In this document: positions 50,160-62,755 of the stretch, piece by piece | Layout of the letters: each line of letters opens with the position of its first letter | Numbering within the stretch: the first letter of the stretch is position 1 | Assembly (NCBI RefSeq): GCF_902713615.1 | Contig: NC_052160.1 | Location: 107,238,708-107,302,707, forward strand | DNA length: 64,000 nt | DNA from: Scyliorhinus canicula | Taxonomy: Eukaryota | Direction: 5' to 3' | Notes under the pieces: generated by a model | What the model saw: the letters and a program-made list of their open reading frames with translations, nothing else | Told to the model about the DNA's origin: nothing | Database searches by the model: none | Program-made: the position numbers and the translations under genes

Positions 50160-52560
50160 ATTCATTCACAAGATCTGCACGCCACTAGTTACATCAGTAT
50201 TTATTGCCCATCCTTAATTGCCCTTGAGAAGACAGAGGTGAGATTCCTTCTTGAACCACTGCAGTCCTGATGGTGCAGGTGCACCCACCTGAGGGAGTGC
50301 CAGGATTTAACACAGTGACAGTGAAGGAATGGCAATATAGTTCCAAGTCAGGACGATGTGTAACTTGCCAGGGAACTTGCAGTTGGTAGTGTTCCCATGC
50401 ACCTGCTGTTCATGCCCTTCTAGGTGGTAGAGGTTTGATTTGGAAGGTTCTGTCGAAGGAACCTTGGCAAGTTGCTGCAGTGCACCATGTAGATGATACA
50501 CAATGCTCTCACTGTGTGTCAGTGGTGAATGGAATGACTCTTGAAAAAAGTGGATGGGATGCCAATCAAATGGGCTACTTTGTCCTGAATGTTGTTGAGC
50601 TTCTTGAGTGTTGTTGGAGCAGCATTCATCCAGGCAAGTGGAGAGTAACACTCCTAACTTGTGCCTGGGACAGGCTTTGGGGAGTCAGGAGGTGAGTTAC
50701 TCGCCACAGAATTCCTATCCTCTGAGCTACTATTTTGTAGCCACAGCATTCATACTACTGGTCCAGTTCAGTTTCGGGGATGTAATGGGGGATTTAACAA
50801 TGGTAATGTTATTCAATGCCAAGGGGAGATGGTTAGATTCTCTCTCATTTGAGATGGTCATTTGTCTGGAGCTTGTAGGACGTAAATATTACTGCCACTT
50901 GTCAGCCCAAGTTTGAATGTTGTCCAGATCTTGCTGCATATGGAAGAGGACTACTTCTGTATCAATGGAGTCAGAAACATTGTACAATAATCAGCGACCA
51001 ACCCCATGTTTGACCTGATGGAGGGAAGGTCATTGATGATGCAACTGAAGATTTCATAGAATTTACAGTGCAAAAGGAGGCCATTCAGCCCATCGAGTCT
51101 ACACCAGTCCCTGAAAGAGCACCCTACCTAAGCCCACGCCTCCACCCTACCCCCATAACCCAGCAACCTCACCTAACCTTTGAACACTACGGGGCAATTG
51201 AGCGTGACCAATCCACCTAACCAGCATATCTTTGGACTGTGGGAGGAAACCAGAGCACCCGTGGGAATCCTACACAGACACAAGGAGAATGTGCAGACTC
51301 CGAAAAGACAGTGACCCAAGCAAGGAATCAAAGCCGGGTCCCTGGTGTTGCAAAGCAACAGTGCTAGCCACTGTACTGCCAAGCCACTCCGGCTGGATAC
51401 ATCCCCGAGGAACTCGTACAGTTATGTTTGGGGACTGAAATGATTGACCTCCAATAACTGCAACCATCTTCCTTTGTGCTGAGTTTGACTTCAACCAATG
51501 GACGGTTTTCTGCCCGATTCCCAATGATTCTAAGTTTGCTAGGGATCCTTTGTTCCACACTCAAATAGTTCATTCATGTCATAGGCAAACTCTCATCTCA
51601 CCTTTTGAGTTCAGTTCTTTTGTTCATGTTTGGAAGAAGGCTGTAATGAGGTCAGGAGCTGAGTTACCCTGGTGAAACCTAAACAGAGCATCCGTGAGCA
51701 TATTACTGCTGAACAGGTACAGCTGGATAACACTAGCGGCAACACCTCCCAACACTTTACTGATGAATGCGAGTGGACTGAAGGAATGGCAATTGGCCAG
51801 CTTGGAGCTGACCTGCTTTTTGTGGGCAGGGCATGACTCGGCAGTTTCCACCTTGCTGGGTAGATGCCAATGTTACAGCTTGTACTGGAAGATCTTGACA
51901 AGGGGCACAACTAGTTCTGGAGTAATGTCTTCAATATTATTACTGGAATCTTGTAAGGGCCCAAAGCCTTTGCTGTAACCAGTTCCTTTAGCCAGTTCTT
52001 TACATCATGTGGAGTCAATCAAATTGGCTAAAGACTGGCATCTGTGATGCTGGGGACCTCAGGAGGAGGCGGAGATGGATCATTCACTCGGCACTCTTTG
52101 GCTGAAAGTGGTTGCCTCTCGCGCAGACGTGCTGGTCTTTACCATCAATGAGGATGGGGATATTTATACGGCCTCCTTCTCCTGTTAGCTGTTTAACTGT
52201 GCATCTCCAATCACAACTGAATGTGATAGCACTGCAGAGCTTAAATCTAATCCATTGGTTGTGGAAGCTCTTAGCTCTTTCTGTCACATGCTACTTCGAC
52301 TGTTTGATACTGTTTAGTGAAACAAACATACCCAGGGATGGTGATAATGGGTGTCTGGGATATTGTCTGTAAGGCATGTGCATCTGTGGGACAGCTATCC
52401 TAATTTTGGCATAAGTAAGGAGGATTTTGCAGGGTTGTCAGAGATGAGTTTGCTGTTGCCACTTCTGATGATTTTATTGATGCCAGGTGATTTATTCGGT
52501 TTCATTCCTTTTTCCAAAAAGTATTCTGTTATTTCAGGCGGCATTGCTGTGACTCTGGAA
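50160..52560 (-). mobile_element. Decayed CR1/L2-group LINE (RT region to 3' end), with an HE1 inserted at 51054-51384
   Basis: Minus-strand NIGIYPARWK, HKKQVSSKLANCHSFSPLAFISKVLGGV and MWNKGSLANLESLGI; 3' end about 50160-50230. Confidence 0.8.
51054..51384 (-). mobile_element. HE1/V-SINE, CR1-type tail
   Basis: Full element in reverse complement. Confidence 0.9.
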
Positions 52561-52580
52561 TTACATGTCAGCCAGACCCG

Positions 52581-53312
52581 CGGCGAAATTCTCCCCTACC
52601 CGGCCAGGCGGGGGGTCCTGGCGTAACGGAGTGGTGCCAACCACTCTGGCGTCGGGCCTCCCCAAAGGTGTAGAATTCTCCGCACCTTTAGGGGCTAGGC
52701 CCGCGCCGGAGTGGCTCCCGCTCCGCCAATGGCACCAAAACTGGCACCAACAGCCTTTGGCGCTACGCTGCCCGGCGTCGGGGGTGGCCGAAAAGCCTTC
52801 GCCGGTCCGCGCATGCGCCGGAGCATCAGAAGCCGCTAACGTCACCACCGGCGCATGCGCGGTGGAGGGGTTCTCTTCCGCCTCCACCATGGTGGAAGCC
52901 GTGGTGGTGGCAGAAGAAAAAGAGTGCCCCCACGGCACTGGCCTGCCCGCCAATCGGTGGGCCCCGATCGCGGGCCAGGCCACCGTGGGGGCACCCCCCG
53001 GTGTCCGATCGCCCCGCGCCCCCCCCCCAGGACCCCGGGGGCCCGCTTGCGCCGCCAATCCCGCCAGCACAGAGGTGGTTTAAACCACGTCGGTGGGGTT
53101 GGCCTGTCAGCGGCAGGACGTCGGCCCATTGCGGGCCGGAGAATCGCCGCGGGGTGCATGCCAATCGGCACGCGGTGCACGCCGATCGGCGGGGCATGAT
53201 TCCTGCTCCCGCCGATTCCCGGGTGGCGGAGAATTCCAGCCACGGCGGGGGCGGGATGTACGCCGGTCCCGGGCGATTCCCCGACCCAGTGGGGGGTCAG
53301 AGAATTCCGCCC
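52581..53312. mobile_element. Harbinger-like MITE family B (inverted relative to 17174), inserted in a minus-strand 1201-family SINE (about 52540-53490)
   Basis: Termini cggcgaaattctcc / agagaattccgccc; flanks ccg / cca; host SINE text rejoins across the insert. Confidence 0.82.
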
Positions 53313-55785
53313 CCAATGAGGACAGCAGTTTTACTTCTTTAAAGTGCATTAGTGATCCAAGGTAGGTTTTTAATGACAAGCATTTTAGTTTCAATTCCAT
53401 ATGTATGAATTGAATTGAAATTTCACCAGCTGTTCTAATGGGATTTTGGTTCCTGGGCTATAAGCTCAGTGACATTACCAACACACCACCAGCTCCCCCA
53501 AATGAACTTGCAATTTGTTTTGTGCTTTGAGACTATAAATCTCACTCCTGCAGGAATGCGACAAGCATCCCGTACTTTTGATAAATTTGTACTTTTGTAC
53601 TCAATAAAACTAAATCCACACATTTACTGAAAATCACATTTAAAGAATATAATGAGATATGAAAATCCAGTGAGTATGGCCTTCCAAAGACAGCGTATAT
53701 TTAATTATATTCTGACAAGAAAACAGAACAAATTAATTGCAGATGGGAAACAAAACACACTAAAAGTGCACAAATATTTAACATACCAGGCATTACATAT
53801 TCATGACTTCAAATGTACAACATAACTTTTATAATCTTCACAATGCAGTTAGAGCATTCAGGGAATGCTGTGAATACAGAAGCATAAACTATCTTTAATT
53901 CCTCAGCAATTTAGTCTAGCCTATTACAGGGACCCATAATTGACCAATTAATCCATTTGCAAAAAACTGCCACCGTTTTGCAGCCATTTTCTTTCTAATA
54001 TATTCTATCACTTCTTGTGTGGCAATCCTATCTTTTTGAACCCCTGCTACTATTATTGGGCTTACATATACATGTATTCAATTTTACAAAAATAACCTTC
54101 TGTGAAACCAAGTGGGGTAGCCCTATTCGGGAATTAAATATTAGTGCAATTAAATATTCTGTCTTTGTACTTGCAGTTCACAAGTTTAATTTTCAGAATA
54201 GAGAATAAAGATAATGAGGTGCTATTTCAATCACCCTACAATTAGAGTAAACTTTGCATGTTGAGTAGATTGTAGCCTGAGAGGAAAGCAGAGTAACATT
54301 CACATGCTCAATAAACAAATATTGCCTTCAATACATTTGATACCATTCAAGGACATTGCTTCCAACATCAGATAAGAATGAATGTAAAAACTAGGCTGTA
54401 GATAGCAATACCCACATCAAGCAATGAACTACAATAAACTTTGTTGTGTCTCCTACCTCCTTGTATTAATGCAATTGCAATGGATTCTGTTTATCTTTTC
54501 CTATAATATGAAAAAAACAGTAATACCTTTGTGTTCAAAGCAAAGCTGAATGCCAATTTTTTTTACTCGTATCTTGGAAGGTTAATGAATCCATTGTGAA
54601 GTTTCTGTGTTCAGCCTTTAAGGACATATTCAGACACACAACAGTCAGAGCAAGTTGAGGTAAATGCTACTGGCGTTTGAGCATGGATGACCCAACAGAA
54701 AACATCTGATTCAGGATTTGGATTCCTCAAATCTTTGTCAAACCCGCCAAAAGACCAAAAAAATATGTTGTCTTGTAAATAGCCTGGATAAAACGAGGAA
54801 TAAATTGATGTTGTTAATTTATTTTCAGAGACTTTAAAATGATGAATTATAGAACAGTCCCAGAAGTAAAATGTACATTCCTTTTTAGTTAAAATTCTAC
54901 AGAGAACAAAATAAATGATTAGATCAAATACATGGGATTAAAGTAGAAGCTGACATATCACAACCAAAACTTTAAAACATATTATTTGAAGAATTTGCTT
55001 TTTTTATAATAATGGACACAAAAATAAGAGTTGTTTTCAGGGCCGATGCGGCTGTTCATGAATAATTATGAATGAAGAATGCAGTTAAAGACCCAATTAG
55101 ACCTTATTCAACAAAGCATAATTTATTGTAGGATTTTTACAAGACTAATTGGGTAAAGGTGCAAGTTTTCATCAGATTCCTGATTTCTACTTGATTAAAG
55201 TCTGGTGGGACTTTAATAGTGCACCCCATGGGGGAACAGACTCCAGAAGTTTCTGTCAGTGTAAGGGAAATATTGAAAGTAAAATGCTGCTAGTTACACT
55301 GTTGTTACTATCAGAAAGTTTATGCCAACAATTACTCGAGCACTGCAAAATTTCTTCCAAATTAATTTAAAAACACAGTTGTAAAAAGTTTTCCTTTGGG
55401 GAAATTTAAAACTCAAAGTATTGGTCCTACCTTAAAAAATGCTTTGTTTTCCTTCCATTGTGCTCCGTACGTCATAAGTTCTCTGATGTTAAATGTGAGC
55501 GTATCCCAAAACCGATAAGGATAACTTGGAACATCAGTTCTTAGAGGTGTCTATTTTCAATTTGTTAGACTGTGAGAAAAGATATGTGAACCAGGGAGGA
55601 TAGTCCATTCATTTTGTGACCAATTAATTGTAATATTTATTAACTTAAAATAAAAACATGCAAGTAATGAACTATAATACACTAAACCAGTACACATAAC
55701 TACACTTATGCCTATAAACACTATGTTTCCTGAACTCTGAGATGTCCCTTTTTCCAAACAATATCCAATAGTATATAACTCCATG

Positions 55786-55893
55786 AGCACACACGGGGAG
55801 AACTCCGCACAGACAGTGAACCAAGTGGGAATCGAACCTGGGACCCTGGAGCTGTGAAGCAATTGTGTTAACCACCATGCTACCGTGCTGCCC
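55786..55893 (-). mobile_element. V-SINE 5' fragment
   Basis: Head and start of the V-domain in reverse complement. Confidence 0.8.
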
Positions 55894-56234
55894 TTGCTAC
55901 CATGCTGCACGTGCAATCCCACTTTTTATTTTATCCTTTTTTATCTTAATTTTCCCAACTCTTGTTCCAAATGCAACATTATAACTTGAAAGGCGATTTA
56001 ATTTCTCAACAATTTCTTATCAATTCTACGTCATCTAACATTACAAAGATTTAAAAGAATGTATTAACATAAAATATGCGCCAAAGTATTTACACACAAG
56101 GTTCCCAATAGTCTCTTTTACACACATGGTGATGCATCAGCAATGATGTTTTCTCTCCCAGCCACATGAATGATTTTCAAATTAAACAGTTGTAACAAAC
56201 TCCATCAAAATAACCTGGTGTTCTTATTCTCAAA

Positions 56235-56418
56235 GGGGCTGGTTTAGCACACTGGGCTAAATTGCTGGCTTTTAAAGCAAACCAAGGCAGGCCAGCAGCG
56301 AGGTTCAATTCCCATACCAGCCTCCCCGAACAGGCGCCTGAATGTGGCAACTAGGGGCTTTTCACAGTAACTTCATTTGAAGCCTACTTGTGACAATAAG
56401 CGGTTTTCATTTTCATTT
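56235..56418 (+). mobile_element. Short tRNA-SINE (13801 family) inserted in the Gypsy RNase H
   Basis: ggggctggtttagcacactgggctaaa .. ttttcattttcatttc. Confidence 0.88.
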
Positions 56419-57420
56419 CGCAACCGCTCCAAAAATTCGAGGGATTATGGTCTGTATATATGCTTGTTTCTGCTGAAATACTGGCAACATAAATCTCTAA
56501 AGGTTGTAATGCTTGTACAAACTTAATGTCTATTTTTCTTTGAGAAATACCCCACATGCTTCTCAATTCCAAGTTCATCTTCCTGTTACAACACAGCCCC
56601 CACACTAATGTCACCAGCGTCCACAGCCAGGATTAACTTTTTTCATAATATAGTGCATCTAACACTGACACTGTTGTCAACACAGTTTTTAAGTGCTGGA
56701 ATGCGGTTTGGCAGTCCTCCATCCAGTTACATTTCTTGTTCTTCTTCAACAGTTCTGTCAGTGGTGCAACTATACTGCCAAAGTTTGCCACAAGCTTAGG
56801 ATAAAATGCATTCATTTCTAGGGATCTTAAAATCCCAAATGGCCTGTTATTTTGAATCTCATTAAGACATCTGACCATGTCCTATGATGTGCCAAGTTCA
56901 TGACTAGATGAGCTACTATTATGCATTCAAACAATCCTTTTCGCTGTTGAAGATGTTTTTCCACCTTTGACTAAACACCACTAAATTGTCAATTGTCACA
57001 GTGACTCAATCCTTGAATAACATTGTTAGTCTCTGAGATAGTTGCGAGTGCATTCTTCATCCCAAACAGCATAACTTTAAATTGACAAAGTCCATCCCTC
57101 TCGGGCAAAGCTACTTGCCAATATCCCTTTTAACAAGTCTATTTTTGTGATGAATTTAGTCTGTCCAACTCATTCAATGCAATCCTCTAACCATGGTATA
57201 GGAACTTAATCCCTCTTGTTGACAGCATTCACTTTCCTGTAGTCCACACAAAAGTCTTTGTGTTCGATCTGGCTTCAGCACCATTATGATAGGTGAACTC
57301 CAATCACTAGAACTCAATTCAATCATGTCATCATATATTCAATTTCCTTCTGTACTTGCGATAACTTTGCTGGATTTAACCTATATGGATGTTACTTTAT
57401 TGGAACTGTATCCCCCCACC

Positions 57421-58025
57421 TAGAATCATAGAAAAGTTACAGCACAGAAGAAGACCATTCAGCCCATCCTGTCCATGCCAGCCCGAGGACACCCAGATAC
57501 CCTTTCTGATCCCACCTTCCTGCTTCCAGCCCATAGCACTGTAGCTTAGAGTACTTAATCTGCAGATCCAGGTACCTCTTAAAAGCATTAAGGGTCTCTG
57601 CCTCCACCACCAACTTGGCAGCGAATTCCAAACTCCCACTACCCTCTGCGTAAAAAGGTTTTTCCTCATCTCCCCTTTACACCTTGTGCCACTTGTCTTG
57701 AATCTATGTCCCCTGGTTCTAGAATTCTCCACCAAGGGAAACAATTTTATCCTGTGCACCCTATCTCTTCCCCGCATAACTTTGTACACCTCAATTAAGT
57801 TTCCCCTCAGCCTTCTTTGTTTTGAGGAAAATAACCCCAACCACCCAATCTCTTCTCGTAGCTACACTTTTCTAGCCCAGGCAACATTCTTATAAACCTC
57901 CTCTGCACTCTCTCCAGAGCAATTTGTCCTTCCTGTAATGTGGCGACCAGAACTGCATACAATATTCCAGCTGTGGCCCCACCAGTACTTTACACAATTA
58001 TAACATTATATCCTTACTTTTATCA
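57421..58025 (-). mobile_element. CR1 LINE 3' fragment inserted in the Gypsy IN-RT linker
   Basis: MGLFSSKQRRLRGNLIEVYKVMRG..TRGHRFK; Gypsy reading HDTD / VGDTVPIK rejoins across it. Confidence 0.9.
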
Positions 58026-58635
58026 GTATCATGCATCGCTATCCCCGTTCTACCTAATTTATTCCCACAAATTCAATGATAAGGCTGCAATAATTCTTCT
58101 AATTTGCCTTGGCTCTCATCTGGAAGATAACTCAAACAGTTGTTTAAATTTCTCAATAGTTCCTCATTACCCGAATAAAATAGAAGAAAGTAATTCTCAG
58201 ACTTTAACCCTTCCTCTTCCCCCTGTTTCATTGCAAGCAAAACCTCATGTCTGACCTCATCTCCTTTATCCCAGTACCATTTAAGCATGTTAACATGACA
58301 TACTCTGTGAAATTTACATCTGTCTGGTGTGCATACCAGATAATTTACTTCACTCTGTTATCTTTAAATCTGATATGGTCCACTAAATCTACCTTTCAGT
58401 GGTTCAACCGATACAGGTATCAACACTACCACTTTCACCCCTCCTACAAAGCTACAAATCTGTGCTCTCCTATCAACCATTGCTTTCATTCCTTGCTGTG
58501 CCATCTTTAAATACTTCCTTGCCACCTCAAAAGCCCCATTCAGTCTTTCTCTGAAAATCGATACGTAGTACAAAAGTGTAATCTCTGATTTCTTACATGA
58601 AAACTTTTCTTGGATTAATTTCAGTCCTCCTCTAA

Positions 58636-59545
58636 TGTTTCTCGTTCTGGGTGAGTGTGCTTTACACTCAAATGGCTCTGTTTTATTCCTTAGCTCTAGA
58701 GTCGCCAGGTATCCTTATGATACCGCCACAAGATTCAAGTTCAAGTTCAGACCAATGACTCATTACACCAGTTAGTAAGTTCAAACAAGACACATTTATT
58801 ATTACACAGTTATTTACTACTCATGCATATAACACTAAAAGACTAGGCTATTCCTACCACTAACAGGCCAATACTTATCTGGAATAAGGGAACTGCCGGA
58901 TCAGGGAACAATGGCCTCTTGCTTTGTCCTGGATCCGCAGGCTTCCAGTTGGTGTGGACTAAAAGGGTCAGGAGTGTCTACTCTCGTAGCGTGCGTTGTA
59001 TGACACTTACTTGATGGCGGCTGCTGACCAGGCCTCTCCTTCTCAAGGTGTTCTGCTGCAAAGGTGTTCTGCTGGGTGGGCCGGCTGGTCAAGAAGAAAG
59101 AATCAGTCCTGGGACCTGACTTTTATAGGTCCCAGGGGCTTTGCGCCCTTCTGGGCGGACCCTCTATAAACTTGCAATCGATTGGGTCTCTTCCCAATCG
59201 GTTGATTTGAATTTCCCCAATAACGGGGCTGTTCCTCGATCACTGGCGGTTCTTTCCACCTTATTTGTGTCCTTTCTTTCAGACTCCACTGGCGCCGGGA
59301 TGTCTGACCTTCTATAGAATGTTTCAATCTCTTCTAATTGTTGTGTCCATTGTGCCTGGGAATCACCGGGAATCACTCACTTAATATGCACAGCTTGTTA
59401 GTTACAATGCTGTCTGGTTTCTTTAGCAGCTAGAATACACAGGGGATTCTGCAAACTGCTTGTCTCTTTGCAACTGTCCATTTTTCCCTGTAACCTTTGT
59501 GTTCTTCCATTTTGTGTGAGAAAGTGGCCAACCCAGGTGGTTACA
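58636..59545 (-). mobile_element. Solo LTR (910 bp) inserted in the Gypsy integrase
   Basis: TG...CA termini; 4-bp TSD ctaa (58632-58635, 59546-59549); TATA and AATAAA on the minus strand; integrase YGHEVRGGLKLIQEK rejoins across it. Confidence 0.92.
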
Positions 59546-60576
59546 CTAACTTCATGCCCATAAACAATTCAAAAGGATTAAATCTTGTAGAATAATTTGG
59601 CGCATTGCTCATGACAAATTATACAAATAGAATCCCTTTGGCCCAATCATGAGGGTAATCTTGACTATACGCTCTCATCATTGTTTTCAGAGTTTGATGA
59701 GACTCTGGATAATACACCAATGATCTATAATATTTTATTTCCAGGCAATTCATGACCTCTTTAAATAATCTTGACATGAAATTGGACCGCTGATCTGATT
59801 GTACCTCTTTCGGTAAGCCATATCTAATAAAGAACTGGTTAATCCCTCTCCACTCCCTTGGCTGTAATGTTTCTTAACAGTATGGCTGCAGGAAATCTAA
59901 TAGTTAACAAGTATTGATTTCCACTTCACATTTTCAGAAGTGGTCCACCACAGTCGACAAGAACTCTTGTAAAAGATTCTTTGAGAGCAGGAATAGGGAT
60001 CAAAGGTGCTTGCTTTATTTCAGCTTGTGACTTCCCTTCTACTTGACATGTTCGACAAATTTTAACGACATCTCTATGTAGTTCGAGCCAGTAAAACAGT
60101 TCCTGTATCTTTGCTTGTGTTTTCTTTATTCCTAGATGTCGTCCTAATGGAATTTCATGAGCTATCCTTAGAATTTCTTTCCTATACGCAGGAGGTAATA
60201 CAATTTGATGTATTTCTGCCCATTTGTCATCTGCACATGTGTGGGACACCATTTTCTCATTAATATGTGATCCTTTACATAATAACATTCAGGAATACAC
60301 TTCGTGTCCAATTCCGAGTAAGCGGTTAATAAATGTGTTTTGCTTTGGAATTGCCCTGCTGTAATTCTATCAATCTCTTTGAGCTAAACACATCTGTTTC
60401 GTTCCCTTTGTCTTAATTCAGCTTACTCATCCTGTGGTCTTAACTCCTTCTCTTGTCTCATCTTTGTTAGGAAAGAGCTAATGTTCCCCAGTGCTAAAGA
60501 TAGAATTAGAGTTTTTAATTGTTTAATAGGCCACACTTGTTGTTTGATAGACTGCACGCATACATATAAAGGGGAT

Positions 60577-60839
60577 TGTAATAACCCTTATGAGGCCCAC
60601 GTGATACACTAATCGATCTCCCCATGGGACTCCGAGAATATGAGCTTCCCTGCTAGTGGGCAGAGGCCTGCCCAGCTGGGACTGGTTACCTTACTTCTTA
60701 AAAACCAGCCCGGACTTGAACCAGCACTTCCATTAGTCCTGACTGGGACCTATTGTGTTGTGTGCGTTGTAGCGGCTGTTTCCTTAACTTGAATAAAACT
60801 CCGCTTAACTCACTTTCTTGGGCCTCCTGGATCTTTATA
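60577..60839 (+). mobile_element. Probable short solo LTR (263 bp)
   Basis: Starts tgtaa, ends ttata (decayed ttaca); 5-bp TSD gggat (60572-60576, 60840-60844); AATAAA at about 60792. Confidence 0.7.
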
Positions 60840-61296
60840 GGGATACAGGTAGCACTGCGGGGTTGGATGAGAAGTGATTGTAGAACACAATAAAATTGGA
60901 ATTGAAGAAGTAAAGACTTGCTGTCCAATGTTTATCACTGAAATACCATCAGAGCTAAACAATGGTAGCAGAGGATGGTTTCTGCGAGTAAGTGAAATAA
61001 AAAGCTAACATCCCTTTGGATGAAACTCTGTATTCTGAATTCCAACCTTAAAGAGTGATTTAGCGTAACTTGGCAAACAAATGGTTAAATCCAAGGGTAG
61101 AATGTTGAAGTATAATACCCAGCATTATATGATGAGTGTCAACCCAACCAATGGAAGAATGAAGTTACCATGTAGACACGGGTTATGTCCTTGCCCAAGA
61201 AATAACAAAGAATGGCACTGGTACTTTCGCTTCTGTAAAAAAGCAAAGTATTCTCAAAATTGGTGCAGAGCATTTGAACTCAGATAAGTTTACGAA

Positions 61297-61524
61297 GGGC
61301 AGCATGGTGGCAGAGTGGTTAGCATTGCAGCCTCACAGCGCCGAGGTCCCAGGTTCGATCCCGGCTCTGGGTCACTGTCCGTGTGGAGTTTGCACATTCT
61401 CCCCGGGTTTGCGTGGGTTTCGCCCTCACAACCCAAAGATGTGCAGGGTAGGTGGATTGGTCATGTTAAATTGCCATTTAATTGGAAAAAAATTAATTGG
61501 GTATTTTAAATTTATTTAAAAAAA
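61297..61524 (+). mobile_element. V-SINE, A/T-rich-tailed subfamily
   Basis: Full head and V-domain; degenerate TSD agataagtttacga / agataaagttttcga. Confidence 0.9.
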
Positions 61525-61624
61525 AGATAAAGTTTTCGATACATTATTAACTTTCATGGAGAGAATTTACAAAAAGGGTGACTTATTTAAGTGCTTATGA
61601 GGCCTGGTCAGATTTTGACAAACT

Positions 61625-62755
61625 TAGAAAATAGGAACAAAGTAATTAAGAGCAGAAGTATTCATTTCAGCCCTTCAAGCCTGCTCCACCATTCAATCAG
61701 ATCATGGCTGATCTCTTACTGGTCTCAAATCCATTTCACTACCTGTTCCTCCTAACTCTTTAACCTGTTTTTAAAATCAGAAATATATATATCTCCTCCT
61801 TGAAACTATTTAATGACTTAGATTCCACTGCACTATGGGGCAGCGAGTTCCACAAATTCACCACCCTCTACGTGAAATAGTTCCTCCTCATCTCAGTTCT
61901 AAATCTACCATCCGTCAACCTATATCTGTGACCTCTCCTTCTAGATTGCCCTACAAGAGGGAATATTTGGTCTACGTTTATCTTATCAATCCTTTTTAGT
62001 ATTTTATATACCTCGATCGGATCCCCTCACTGATTGTTCTCCCTAGAGAGACGGAGGCTGAGGAGCAACCTGATAGAAGTTTATAAAATTATTATGGGTA
62101 TAGATAAGGTGAACAGTTGGAGACTTTTTCCCAGGGCGGAAATGACAATTACAAGGGGGCACAATTCAAAGTGAGGGGGAAGGTTCAGTGGAGATGTGCG
62201 GGGCAAGTTTTTTATACAGAGGGTGGTGGTGGCCTGGAATGCATTGCTAAGTGAGGTGGTTGAGGCAGATACGTTAGCGACCTTTAAGACTTATCTGGAT
62301 AGGCACATGAACAGACGAGGTATAGAAGGATACAGTCTAGATAGGACACATGATCGGCGCACTTGGAGGGCCGAAGGGCCTGTTCCTGTGCTGTATTGTT
62401 CTTTGTTGTTCTTTGTTCTCATCCTTCTAAACTCCAGGGAGTATAAGACCAAACTGTTTAATCTCTCCTCAACCTTCCACCCTTTCATCCCTGAAATTAA
62501 TCTGGTGAACCTCCTCTGAACTGCTTCCAATGCCACCACATTCTTCCTCAAATAAGGAGACCGAAACTGGACACAATACTCCCGATGTGGTCTCACCAAC
62601 ACCCTATACAATTACAACAACACTTCTCTACTTTTATACTCCAGTCCTTTTGCAATAAACACTAACAATCCATTTGCTTTTTTAATGACATGCTGTACCT
62701 GCACACTGACTTTCTGCGTTTCATGAACAATGACACCCAGATCTCTCTACCCTGT
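61625..62755 (-). mobile_element. CR1 LINE fragment with an opposite-strand CR1 nested at 62030-62417
   Basis: Minus LVRPHREYCVQFRSPYLRK; plus-strand insert MRGKFFIQRVVVAWNAL ends in ttctttgtt repeats; ctca duplicated at 62026-62029 and 62418-62421. Confidence 0.85.

Larger units (their letters stand above)
56130..60320 (-). mobile_element. Decayed Ty3/Gypsy LTR retrotransposon pol, Gmr1-type order integrase-RT-RNase H
   Basis: Minus strand: IN zinc finger AHEIPLGRHLG..CRTCQV (60288-59926), core SDQRSNFMS, GRFSGPY (about 58380); then RT HPYRLNP, CVDYRKVN, TKIDLLKGYWQV (57420-57000); then RNase H YTDHNP and HVAGRENIIADA (56700-56130). Stops and frameshifts throughout. Confidence 0.88.

Noticed and set aside
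52561-53400. Overlapping ORFs in most frames, also at 17068-17770 and 32876-33705
   Set aside because: GC-rich non-coding MITEs; no transposase motifs.
58636-59545. LTR as the cognate LTR of the surrounding Gypsy
   Set aside because: It sits inside the integrase with its own ctaa TSD, so it is a later insertion.
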